Assembly (NCBI GenBank): GCA_963665095.1
Contig: OY762069.1
Span: 4,512,001-4,576,000 of the forward strand
Length of the DNA: 64,000 bases
DNA from: an uncultured Desulfobacter sp.
Lineage (GTDB): Bacteria; Desulfobacterota; Desulfobacteria; Desulfobacterales; Desulfobacteraceae
Direction: 5' to 3'
Below the pieces are notes generated by a model, which saw nothing but the letters and a program-made list of their open reading frames with translations, searched no databases and was not told the origin of the DNA. The number at the start of each line of letters is the position of its first letter. Position 1 is the first letter of the stretch. The position numbers were made by a program, and so were the translations under genes. This document shows, in pieces, positions 1 through 10,900 of this stretch.

Positions 1-586
<586 letters not shown>

Positions 587-620
587 ACTATTAATTCCAC
601 AAATAAGTTTAAACGCTTTG

Positions 621-747
621 ATGTTTTTTGAAAATTTTGTGAAATTCGGCGTTGCAGTCTTTATCTCCTTCGATCGACGACCATAAGGTCGACTCACTCA
701 GTCGAAAAGTCTGCGCCTTGACTTTCACTAAAATTTTCAAAAAACAT
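621..747. repeat. Long imperfect palindrome (REP/MITE-like element) in the 16S-23S spacer
   Basis: Arms ATGTTTTTTGAAAATTTT...AAAATTTTCAAAAAACAT enclose nested stems. On the minus strand it reads AAGGCGCA...CAACGCCG, the same internal signature as the element at 12038-12161. Confidence 0.7.
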
Positions 748-907
748 ACCTGTTTCGAAACTTTAGTTCGTTCAAGCGCCATTTCACAATATTTTCTTCA
801 ACATAGCATGGGATGGTTGATTTTCATCTTCCATACCATTTTTATATTTAGTTGATTCAGCACCCTACGGTACTTTATCAACAACGCTATTGATATTTAC
901 TACAACA

Positions 908-922
908 AATTGTCAAAGATCG
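908..922 (-). promoter_or_regulatory. boxA-like antitermination sequence in the rRNA spacer
   Basis: Minus strand GATCTTTGACAA; matches the leader copy GATCTTTGAAAA at 2666-2680. Confidence 0.55.
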
Positions 923-1011
923 AATGAGAGTACGACTACTTGATTCATCGGTTTGATCTCTCAAAGTTGGCCAGTGAAGCCGAAAAAAGCTTTTATTTAT
1001 TCTTTCCTTTG

Positions 1012-2571
<1,560 letters not shown>

Positions 2572-2665
2572 TAATCCTTTACTAAAACTTTTTAAGGTCT
2601 ACGCTTAAAGCTGTTAAGCTTGAAAGCGTATTGTCATTGACCCGCTCTTTTCTTTTTCACTGACC

Positions 2666-2680
2666 AATTTTCAAAGATCA
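2666..2680 (-). promoter_or_regulatory. boxA-like sequence and 16S processing-stem arm in the rrn leader
   Basis: Leader GATCTTTGAAAATTGGTCAGTGAA can pair with post-16S TTCACTGGCCAACTTTGAGAGATC (about 955-978), the usual RNase III stem. Confidence 0.6.
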
Positions 2681-2766
2681 AACTTAATTTTTCTTGCAAA
2701 CTATCCGCAAAAAAAATCTTTCCGAAGAACACTTGGCTTTGCTTGTCCCCTCGGAAAGACCCGCGG

Positions 2767-2820
2767 AATATGCCTGAAAATTACAACGCTGTCAAACAGT
2801 TTTTTAATTTTTTTTTATCG
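2767..2820 (-). promoter_or_regulatory. rrn sigma-70 promoter with UP element
   Basis: Minus strand: A-tract, TTGACA (2795-2790), 17 nt, CATATT, then the GC-rich discriminator CCGCGGG. Confidence 0.7.
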
Positions 2821-3063
2821 ATTTGATGTTAAAAACAAATTCGCACATTATTCCAACAAATTACACCATTATTTTTTTTGGGGTTAAATCTAAAACTTTA
2901 CTGACATCGTCAAATATTGGATGCATCCATGCTCTGACTGCTCCTGTAAAAAATTAAAATTTTTTTATTTTTTTGGTGATACTACGCGCATGTTTGACTA
3001 TCCATTCTCTTCCGAATTAAATTTTTTTCATACCGGTACATTCAGATCGTTCTTCAACCAGGG

Positions 3064-3915
3064 TTAATAGCACTTCATGATGCCAAGCGCCCGCTCAAGC
3101 CTCTGACAAAAAAACCGGATACACTCCTTGCGAAATGCCAGGCCCTTGAAAAACTCCTGATCACCGGAGGAGATGGTGGGGCAGTCCACCGCCATTCCCA
3201 TCTCTTCAAATGCACATCGCCAGCTGTCTTGATTTCCCATGAGGTCGTCTTCCACATGAATACCGGCCAGAAACATCATGGGGATCAGACGGATGCGGGT
3301 AAAATTGTTTTGAGCATGATCTTTACGGATCTGACTGACAATACTGTTAAAATTGGGAATACCTTCCACCGTGGCGGCATACACATTGTCATACCAGCCG
3401 GATACAAGATGGTTGATGCCCATATAAACCATGTTTACCGGGTCTGAAGCCAGAGGCGTTCCGTGAAGGGCCAGAAGATTAATCTCCTTTTCCCCGGTCA
3501 GAAAATCTTTGGAAACCACCTCCAGCACCTCTTCAATGAAATCCCAGCGGTGGCACAGGGTCTCGCCCATCACCACCCGCAGTCCCGGAAAATACAGGGA
3601 AGACTCCTTTACCTGCTGATATTCTGTCCCCGGAAACACATGCAGCGGCTGGACAACCGCTTTCCGGTATCCGTCGGCCTCCACTTTCCCCAATGTTTCC
3701 AGAAGACTTGGCAGCCCTTTTTTCCTGCGGATGATCTCCGAGGTATAGGCCCAGTATATGTCATAATCGGCAAATTTTTCGGCAAGCCGGGCTTCAACCG
3801 CATCGATGGCCGCCTGGCCACGTGAAGAGGTGCCAAAGGTGGCAATGACAATGGCCGGCTGTTCCTTGAGTTTGGGCTGGCGCATTTTTCGACCGATATA
3901 TCCGTGCTGATGCAT
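3064..3915 (-). CDS. cbiK: Sirohydrochlorin cobaltochelatase (anaerobic CbiK type), no signal peptide
   Basis: AIVIATFGTS, WAYTSEIIR, QPLHVFPGTEY, LHGT and PMMFLAGIHVEDDL motifs, including the metal-binding histidines. Confidence 0.88.
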   Translation of the reverse strand: MHQHGYIGRKMRQPKLKEQPAIVIATFGTSSRGQAAIDAVEARLAEKFADYDIYWAYTSEIIRRKKGLPSLLETLGKVEADGYRKAVVQPLHVFPGTEYQQVKESSLYFPGLRVVMGETLCHRWDFIEEVLEVVSKDFLTGEKEINLLALHGTPLASDPVNMVYMGINHLVSGWYDNVYAATVEGIPNFNSIVSQIRKDHAQNNFTRIRLIPMMFLAGIHVEDDLMGNQDSWRCAFEEMGMAVDCPTISSGDQEFFKGLAFRKECIRFFCQRLERALGIMKCY

Positions 3916-3982
3916 AGTAATATCCTTCTATTAAGGTTAAATGTGTTTGTTATACTGTTGTGTTGACATGCCGGTCAAATCC

Positions 3983-4744
3983 TCAGTCACACAGAGTGGC
4001 GCCCAGGGCCACGGTGAACTGCGGGAACCGGGTCACTTCAATGTCGCATAATAAAGCATCTTCCAGGGCTTCCACAAGGCCCCGGTTGGATGCGGGTCCC
4101 CCGTCCGCGAACACCTTTTCCTCCAGGGGCGCACTGCCGGCAAGCTTGGCAATACGGGCGGCCACGGAATTATTGATCCCCTTAATTATGGCCCGTTTGT
4201 CCACGTCATCCGCCATGAGAGAGACGATCTCACTTTCGGCAAATACCGCACAGGTGGCATTGATGCTCATGACCTCCACCTCGTCACCCACAGCGAACTC
4301 GGACAGGGGGGTGTCCAGGATATTGGCCGCAATTTCAAAAAACCGCCCTGTGCCGGCGGCACATTTATCGTTCATACGGAAATCTAAAATCCGACCGTCA
4401 TCCCCCAGCCGGATCACTTTGACGTCCTGGCCCCCGATGTTGATCAGGGTGCGGGCTTCTCCGCCGGTAAGGGCATGGATGCCCGCGGCATTGGCGGAAA
4501 TTTCATCCACCACATGGGTGCCCGAAGGGATGAGGTGACGACCGTATCCGGTGACGCAGATTTTTTCAATATCCGACGATCCCGCGATCAGGGCGGAAAG
4601 CCCCTCTGCCAGAAGATCATCCACCAGGGCTTTCTGTCCCGGCCGTGTGGGCACCACCTTTTTCCACAGGATCTGTGTGTCATTCTCTGCAAACACAATT
4701 TTTATGCCGGTGCTGCCGACGTCAATGCCAACTTTCATTTTCAT
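3983..4744 (-). CDS. ASKHA-family ATP-dependent activator (HgdC/BadF/BcrA-D-like; DCCP-R-like) with [4Fe-4S] ligands
   Basis: GIDVGSTGIK, VTGYGR, NIGGQDVK, MNDKCAAGTGRF and INATCAVFAESE motifs. Confidence 0.9.
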   Translation of the reverse strand: MKMKVGIDVGSTGIKIVFAENDTQILWKKVVPTRPGQKALVDDLLAEGLSALIAGSSDIEKICVTGYGRHLIPSGTHVVDEISANAAGIHALTGGEARTLINIGGQDVKVIRLGDDGRILDFRMNDKCAAGTGRFFEIAANILDTPLSEFAVGDEVEVMSINATCAVFAESEIVSLMADDVDKRAIIKGINNSVAARIAKLAGSAPLEEKVFADGGPASNRGLVEALEDALLCDIEVTRFPQFTVALGATLCD

Positions 4745-4778
4745 GTCCTTTCTTGCACTTCTTTCACTGCTCTTTTTC

Positions 4779-4844
4779 TAATTTGAAAGACACAACACTT
4801 AATTACTTGCGAGCAGATAATTACGTGTCGTGTCCGCCAAATTA
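4779..4844. repeat. Intergenic palindromic element
   Basis: TAATTTG-aaa-GACACAACACTTAATTA...TAATTACGTGTCGTGTC-cgc-CAAATTA inverted repeat between the reductase and activator genes. Confidence 0.6.
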
Positions 4845-4877
4845 TGTACGTTCCAAGTGATGGTCCCTGGCCGAACA

Positions 4878-6164
4878 TCACCCCAGGCTTCGCGAAAACG
4901 CTTCCAGGCGCGTGATGATATTCTGTTCATCCGACACCACATAATCAGTTTCAATCTTCAGCACTCTGATGCCCGCCTTTCCTAAGTGCTGCTCCACAAG
5001 ACCCGCCTCCATATCAAAAGGATGGCACCCCTTGAGTACATGAAAAATCACCCCGCGCATACCGCTGTTCCGGACGTCTGCCACCAGGCGGTCCAGCCGC
5101 CGCCGGTTATCTGCAAACGTGGGGCAGGCACATGCCTTGTGATGGCGGTCGGCCAGGGCATGCAGCAGGCTGTACTCGGACGGATCCCGAAAGGCCGCAG
5201 CCCCGGGAAAGCCCCGTTCAAGGGTACAGATGTCATCACCTGTAACTGCCATACCGGCATTTTCAATGAGCCGGATCATCTTGTCATTGGGAAAGGCCAC
5301 GGGGCTGCCGCTTAAAAAAATTGGAATTTTCAGCCCATTGCAGGGGAGGGCACTCTCAACATAGACTTTTACCCCTTGAACCCACGCCTCAAGATCCATC
5401 AGGGAGAAAGCATTCATGATCAAAAAAAAGTCAATGCCCGGCACAGCCTGAGCCCGACGCAGGGTACAAAGGGTGTCAAACAAGGTCGCTGCCCGGTTGA
5501 ATATTTTTACGGATGCCAGAAGGGCTTTTCTTGAAATGGCCTGCCCGGTGATCGCCTCCAGCCAGGTCTTAAGGGCCTTTATCTCCCCCAGCCACCGGTT
5601 GCAGGCCCCTTCACCCTCCCGCAGATGTGGCAGTTCCATAAAATGCAGATTCGCGGTCTGGTCCAGCCCGGAAAGGGCGGCAAACTTCACCACCCAGTCG
5701 CAGGTGGTGGGAACAACAAGATTTAAAGGACCGCTATCCCTGCCCAGGCCCAGAAGTCCGGTTAAAGATTTCACCATGGGGCAGGAGAGGGCAGGAAGAT
5801 GCCCGGGGGCTGCATCCTTTGCCGCAAAAGAGCCGCAAGCCAGACGTTTCAGGCTCAGCCCCGCAGCATGAAACAGCTCCCCCGGGACCTGGACGCACAG
5901 GGAGAAGACGGTTTTCTTAGGCGTTCCAGGCGAGTCGCCGCCGGACAGGACATCTTTGGGGAAGGCCTCCAGAACCGCCAGAAAAGGAGCCAACCGCTCC
6001 GTCTCTTCCGTGGTCAGCCGCTGCCTGATCTCACCGGCCTCCTGGCCCAACCGGGTCCGGGTTCTTTTAATCAGCCGCTCCTGGCGGGCGCTGAGCCTGC
6101 TCGCCCCTGCAGCCGCCGGGTTTTTCGCTGTTTCTTTGGCCAAATCACTGGTCTTTTCTTCCAT
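4878..6164 (-). CDS. 2-hydroxyacyl-CoA dehydratase-family protein, single-chain double-cubane (DCCP/YjiM-like) type
   Basis: LC90VQVPGEL, C110, LSC128PMVKS, TTC155D, DDIC313T, C345AC347P, LKGC380HPF and the C-terminal LKIETDY...TRLEAF; adjacent to an activator gene. Confidence 0.8.
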   Translation of the reverse strand: MEEKTSDLAKETAKNPAAAGASRLSARQERLIKRTRTRLGQEAGEIRQRLTTEETERLAPFLAVLEAFPKDVLSGGDSPGTPKKTVFSLCVQVPGELFHAAGLSLKRLACGSFAAKDAAPGHLPALSCPMVKSLTGLLGLGRDSGPLNLVVPTTCDWVVKFAALSGLDQTANLHFMELPHLREGEGACNRWLGEIKALKTWLEAITGQAISRKALLASVKIFNRAATLFDTLCTLRRAQAVPGIDFFLIMNAFSLMDLEAWVQGVKVYVESALPCNGLKIPIFLSGSPVAFPNDKMIRLIENAGMAVTGDDICTLERGFPGAAAFRDPSEYSLLHALADRHHKACACPTFADNRRRLDRLVADVRNSGMRGVIFHVLKGCHPFDMEAGLVEQHLGKAGIRVLKIETDYVVSDEQNIITRLEAFSRSLG

Positions 6165-7100
6165 TTACTGCTTCTCCCATTTCCGGGTCTGATAACTGCG
6201 GGATGAGGTGAACAAGGGAAATCCCAACCATTTAAATGAGAGGGTGTCGTCCGAAGGGCAATTCTCCACACAGGCCATGCAGCCTGTGCAATCCTGGCTC
6301 ATCACGTTCTTTTGATCCTTTTCAAGATAGGTGTCGCTGATGGTCATGGGGCAGGTGCGCTCGCAGTTGCCGCACCCGGAACAGGTCTCCACCTTTTTTT
6401 CAAACCGCACCGGGCTTAATTTTGCAAACAGATGCATCAGACCCAGCATGGGACAGAACATGCAGAAAAACCGTTCTTTAAAAAAGATCCCCACCAGAAA
6501 CCCTGCGGTAAGCACCATGGAGACCAGGGTAAAGCCCATGGTCACGCCATTGGTGAAGTTGATATGCACATGGGAAAAATCCCCGGCAAACATGGGCAGG
6601 ATCACCCGGCCCGGGCAGATCTGGCAAAAAGGGACAATCCAGTCCGGATGCAGTCCGAAATTCGCGATGGACAGGGGCAGAATCACCATGAGCGCCAGAA
6701 AGATATATTTTATGGGTTTCAGGGCATTGCGCTGTTTCCGGGTCATGATCATGGGCCGGACGCCCAGTTTTTTGCGTATCCAGGTCACCCAGTCCTGGAA
6801 CAGACAGAAGGGGCAGATCCAGGCGCACCACATTTTGGACAGGGGCAGAAACCAGAGCAGGAACAGCCCGAAAGGGATCAGTATCCCCATCACGCCCGAT
6901 GAAAAAATGACAGCAAAAGGGGTCTGAAACCCGGCAAAGGGGCGCTGGAACGCCATGAGATAACAGTTGCCCGCGCACCCGCTGACAAAGGGGCAGGAAA
7001 AACAGGGCAGGGACATGCCAAGGTCAATTCCCCACCTGCCGCCGTACATGAGGATCACAAAAAAAATGTGCTGGGAAATCTGCCTTAACCGCGCCACCAT
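6165..7100 (-). CDS. Membrane-bound 4Fe-4S binding protein (NapH/MauN/CcoG-like polyferredoxin)
   Basis: Several TM segments, CxxxCP motifs (WCAWICP, FCQICP, FCMFCP) and two CxxCxxCxxxCP motifs near the C-terminus. Confidence 0.85.
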   Translation of the reverse strand: MVARLRQISQHIFFVILMYGGRWGIDLGMSLPCFSCPFVSGCAGNCYLMAFQRPFAGFQTPFAVIFSSGVMGILIPFGLFLLWFLPLSKMWCAWICPFCLFQDWVTWIRKKLGVRPMIMTRKQRNALKPIKYIFLALMVILPLSIANFGLHPDWIVPFCQICPGRVILPMFAGDFSHVHINFTNGVTMGFTLVSMVLTAGFLVGIFFKERFFCMFCPMLGLMHLFAKLSPVRFEKKVETCSGCGNCERTCPMTISDTYLEKDQKNVMSQDCTGCMACVENCPSDDTLSFKWLGFPLFTSSRSYQTRKWEKQ

Positions 7101-7981
7101 GGCTGCCTCCTTTTCATCACCACCCAGCCGGAAAAAAAGACCGTGGCCCCAGCCAGAATGGACCAGCCGTACACCGCACTGTTCTGGGCAAATCTGGATC
7201 TGTGGACCATGAAGGTGTATGCGGCACTGATGCAGGTTCCCATAGTTTCCGTATTCATGGGCGTATCTAAAAATACAATATCTTCCCGAAAGGCCACAGC
7301 ACCCGTTCGGTTGAGTTCCCGGTCATGGCCTGGAACATGGGTCCAGTTTGTCTCTGAATCCTTTGTGCCATGACCTTTTGTATATGGGCTTTGGGTCAGC
7401 GCCCGGATCAGTTCTCTTTCCTTAACCTTCAAAGGCGCTGTCCGGGCCGGGGGCACGGTATCATCCAAACCTTTGTAAACAAAAAAATCAAAGGATTCAC
7501 CTGTCTGGGGCCAGAACCGTGTATGGAACATCTTAACCCCCACAAAGGGCACCCCCTTGAGCATGGCAACCTCTTCCGGTGCTGCCGGTGTCCTTGGGAC
7601 CGGCTCCTTTGAATTGCCCCACAGGTAGAATGAGGTGGATGCCGTCATCAAACGGCCACTGACGTTGGCAACGGCAAAAATGTTAAAAAACGCCCTTTGC
7701 CCGGAAACCAGATCCACCCGGCCCTGGTCCGGAACGGCTTTAAAAACAGTATCCGTCCCCGAGTGGGTATAAAAAACTTTTGCTGATAAGACCGCCTGGG
7801 AAGGCCCTTCCAGGATCAGCGTCCGTATAAACCGGCCATCTTTCTGTTTGACCACGGGCTGACATTTAAAATAAAACAACGGCACGGCCGCTTCCGGCAA
7901 CGCCTGGGCCTGCAATGGAAACGACAGGACTGCCAGCAGGAAAAACAAGGCCGGCAAAAGAACAATACGGTTAGAGTTCAT
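7085..7981 (-). CDS. Hypothetical exported protein with C-terminal membrane anchor
   Basis: Probable start MNSNRIVLL (7981) overlaps the CobN stop; signal peptide ending AQA; C-terminal hydrophobic helix followed by KRR. Confidence 0.7.
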   Translation of the reverse strand: MNSNRIVLLPALFFLLAVLSFPLQAQALPEAAVPLFYFKCQPVVKQKDGRFIRTLILEGPSQAVLSAKVFYTHSGTDTVFKAVPDQGRVDLVSGQRAFFNIFAVANVSGRLMTASTSFYLWGNSKEPVPRTPAAPEEVAMLKGVPFVGVKMFHTRFWPQTGESFDFFVYKGLDDTVPPARTAPLKVKERELIRALTQSPYTKGHGTKDSETNWTHVPGHDRELNRTGAVAFREDIVFLDTPMNTETMGTCISAAYTFMVHRSRFAQNSAVYGWSILAGATVFFSGWVVMKRRQPWWRG

Positions 7982-10900
7982 GAAGCTTCTGCCTTTTGTA
8001 AAATCCCAAAGAGACCAGGGCCAGCACCGCAAGCACAGCCAAAAGCCCCATCCACTCCATGCCCGAGGTACTCATCTTGGTGGTTTTATCTTTCATCTTC
8101 TTTATCTCTTCCATCTTAAACCCTTCCACGGTCTCCTGTTCCCCGGCACCGGTGTCCCCGGGCTTTGACGGACGCCCCATGTCGGCCCGGGAGCCGGGTG
8201 CGGTCAAGCTTTCCAGCAGCTCCTGCCGGGCCTTGACCTGATCTGTAAGCGTCTTGCCCGCCATTTCTTCCACAGCCATCTTAAAGGCATCGGCAATTTC
8301 CGGGCTCAGCACGCCGGGAATGGAGACAATGGAGACCACCATCTGGTTGAGCATGGGATTGTTGCAGGTATGTTCGCAGCAGGCAATACCCTTGGCCACA
8401 ATGCTTTTAGCATAATCTGCCGCCAAAGTTTCAAGCTTTTTCTGATCTGCTTTCCAATACCCTTTGCGATGGGTCTCCAGCATTCTGGCCGTGATGGACT
8501 GGAAGGCCCAGGGAGAGGCCTTGGCGAAAAATTCATCCATTTCCAGGCCGTATTTATCCGCCACATAGACATCATAGGTTTCGTTCCATTTGGACTCATC
8601 CACCTTGTCAGGCGTGGTCAGGTTCCACCCCCACAGGTACTCCACAAAATCGGCCATGGCCCTGGCCCCGGCATAGCCTTCTGCCTTCATGCCCTTTATC
8701 CACTTGGGGTTGAGGTACCGGGCCCGCATCTCCATGCCGATGCTTTGGGCAAGGTCTTCCACGGCCACGGTGGTCCCTTTGGTCTGTTTGGTGACAAGAG
8801 TCTCAGGGGACTTACCCGCCTCCTTGCGTACGGCCATGGCAAGACCGCCTAAGTACTGGAACATATCGTCGTTATCCATGAGGCCATATACATTGGATGA
8901 TTTGGAGTGGGTCACGGCATCCACCTGGGCAAGCTGGGCCTTCAGGGCTTTTTGGGCCGGGATCCCCCAGCTTTTGCCGGTACCGGTCTTGCCGAAGGCG
9001 TATCCTGTCCGGTTTTCCCACACTTCAGCCACCCGGTCGGGATCATCCCACAGGCTTGAGCCGGACGCCATCTCGCTCACCCCGTTGCCATAGGCCCCGG
9101 GCGGCTCGCTGAACACCCGAAACCGGGACACCTCTTCGGCCTCGTCCGGGTCCATGCCCTCTTTTATCAGCCGGGTCTTGGTCTCCTGGTTGTGCCGGGC
9201 AATGAGATTTTCCACATCGGTCTGGCGGGCAGCCAGGCGAACGGCTTCGTCTAAAAAGAGCATTTTGTCCGGAAACAGATCCCGGTAAAGCCCGGATGCA
9301 TTGATCATCACATCAATTCTTGGCCGGTTCAGTTCCGCCTTTGTCATCAGCTCAAGTCCCAGAACCCGTCCGGCCTTGTTCCATTTCGGCTTCACCCCGA
9401 TGAGATATAAAATGGTACACTCGTTCATGCCCTCGTTGCGCAGGGACTCTGTGGCCCAGAGGACCACTGCCACTTTATGGGGATACCCGCCTTTGTTTTT
9501 AAGGTGGTTGGCAATAATCTGGTCGCCGGCTTTTACCCCCAAAGCCCAGGCAGCCGGGCTTGGCATCTTTCCGGGGTTAAACCCGTAGAAATTTTTCCCC
9601 GTGGGAATGGCGTCCGGATTCCTCACCGGGTCATTGCCCGGGCCAGGCGCCACATACCCGCCATTGAGCCCGTGGATCAGCGCGGCCATCTCCGAAGGGC
9701 CGCAAGCCTTAAGGGCGGATTCAAATCCGTTGGCGTTTTTATTCTGGCTCGCCTCAGGATCCCAAGTTTTGATGGCGGCTGTCATCTCCTTAGCCGCCTC
9801 TGGAACCGGCGACACCCCAAATGTATGCATGCCATAGGGAATCAAACTCTCTTTGACCGCTTCCAGGTAATGCCCCAGAACATGGATCTTTTCATCTTCA
9901 TTTTCAGGCAGATGGGGAAGGTCTTTAAAGATCCCTGTCTTTTCAGCCAAGGCAAACAGCTCCACCTTTTTCTCCTCTATGGCCTGGCTGCCAATGGTTT
10001 CACCCTGTTCAATTTCCCCTGCCAGGTCCGCCATCCGCGCATACTCTTCGTCAATATCCGCGGATTTCAGCACCGGGGTGAGATGGGAGATGATCACACC
10101 ACGGCCCCGCCGCTTGGCCTGGATGCCCTCGCCCACATCATCCACAATATAGGGGTAAAGGTTAGGGATGTTTGTGGTCAGCACCTCGGGGGAACAGGAG
10201 GGGGAGAGTCCTGCCTGTTTGCCGGGCGTCCACTCATAGGTGGCGTGCGTCCCCAGATGAATCACGGCATGGGCCTTGAAGTTTTTCTGGAGCCAGAGGT
10301 AGACCGCCAGGTACTGGTGGTGGGGGTAAAGCGTGGTGTCATGGTAGAGCTTCATGGGGTCATCCCCCCAGCCCCTGGAGGGTTCCGGCAGCAGAATCAG
10401 GTTTTCGGTCCGGGCGGCAGGGATAATAAAGGCGTTGTCCTGGATCATGATTTTGGAATCGTCCACAGTTCCCCACTGCCGGATCACATTTTCCCGGAAA
10501 TCTTTTGGCAGGGTGGCAAACCAGGATCGATACTCATCCAGGGGCACCCGCACCACTTCTCCTGAAGCTGTCAGTTTATCAAGCTCCCCCGGGGCCCAGG
10601 AACCGATATTCCTTGCCGATGTGAGTAAAAGCGCTTTGACCTCATCTTTGCTTAAGGATTTTCCTGCCTGGTAACCCTGCTTATCCAGAGCATTCTGGAT
10701 GGCGGCAATACTTTTAAACACATTGAGATAGGACGCCCCGATATTCTGCTTGCCCTGGTGGTGGTTGTAGAACATGATGGCCACTTTTTTGTCCGGGTTG
10801 GCCGCCTTTTGAAGCCGGTCCCAGCCCTTGATCCGGTCAATGAGGCGGTCCAGGTTGGCCGAAGCCAGACTGCCGATATAATAGGTCTTTCCCGTACCCT

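Noticed and set aside
587..1011. tRNA genes in the rRNA spacer
   Set aside because: No cloverleaf with the expected T-loop or D-loop signatures was recognisable on the transcribed strand.
9477..10565. 362-aa plus-strand ORF, and similar long antisense ORFs such as 19361-20092, 45211-45930, 53141-53842 and 56767-57612
   Set aside because: These are shadow ORFs opposite well-supported genes in GC-rich coding DNA, with no recognisable motifs.
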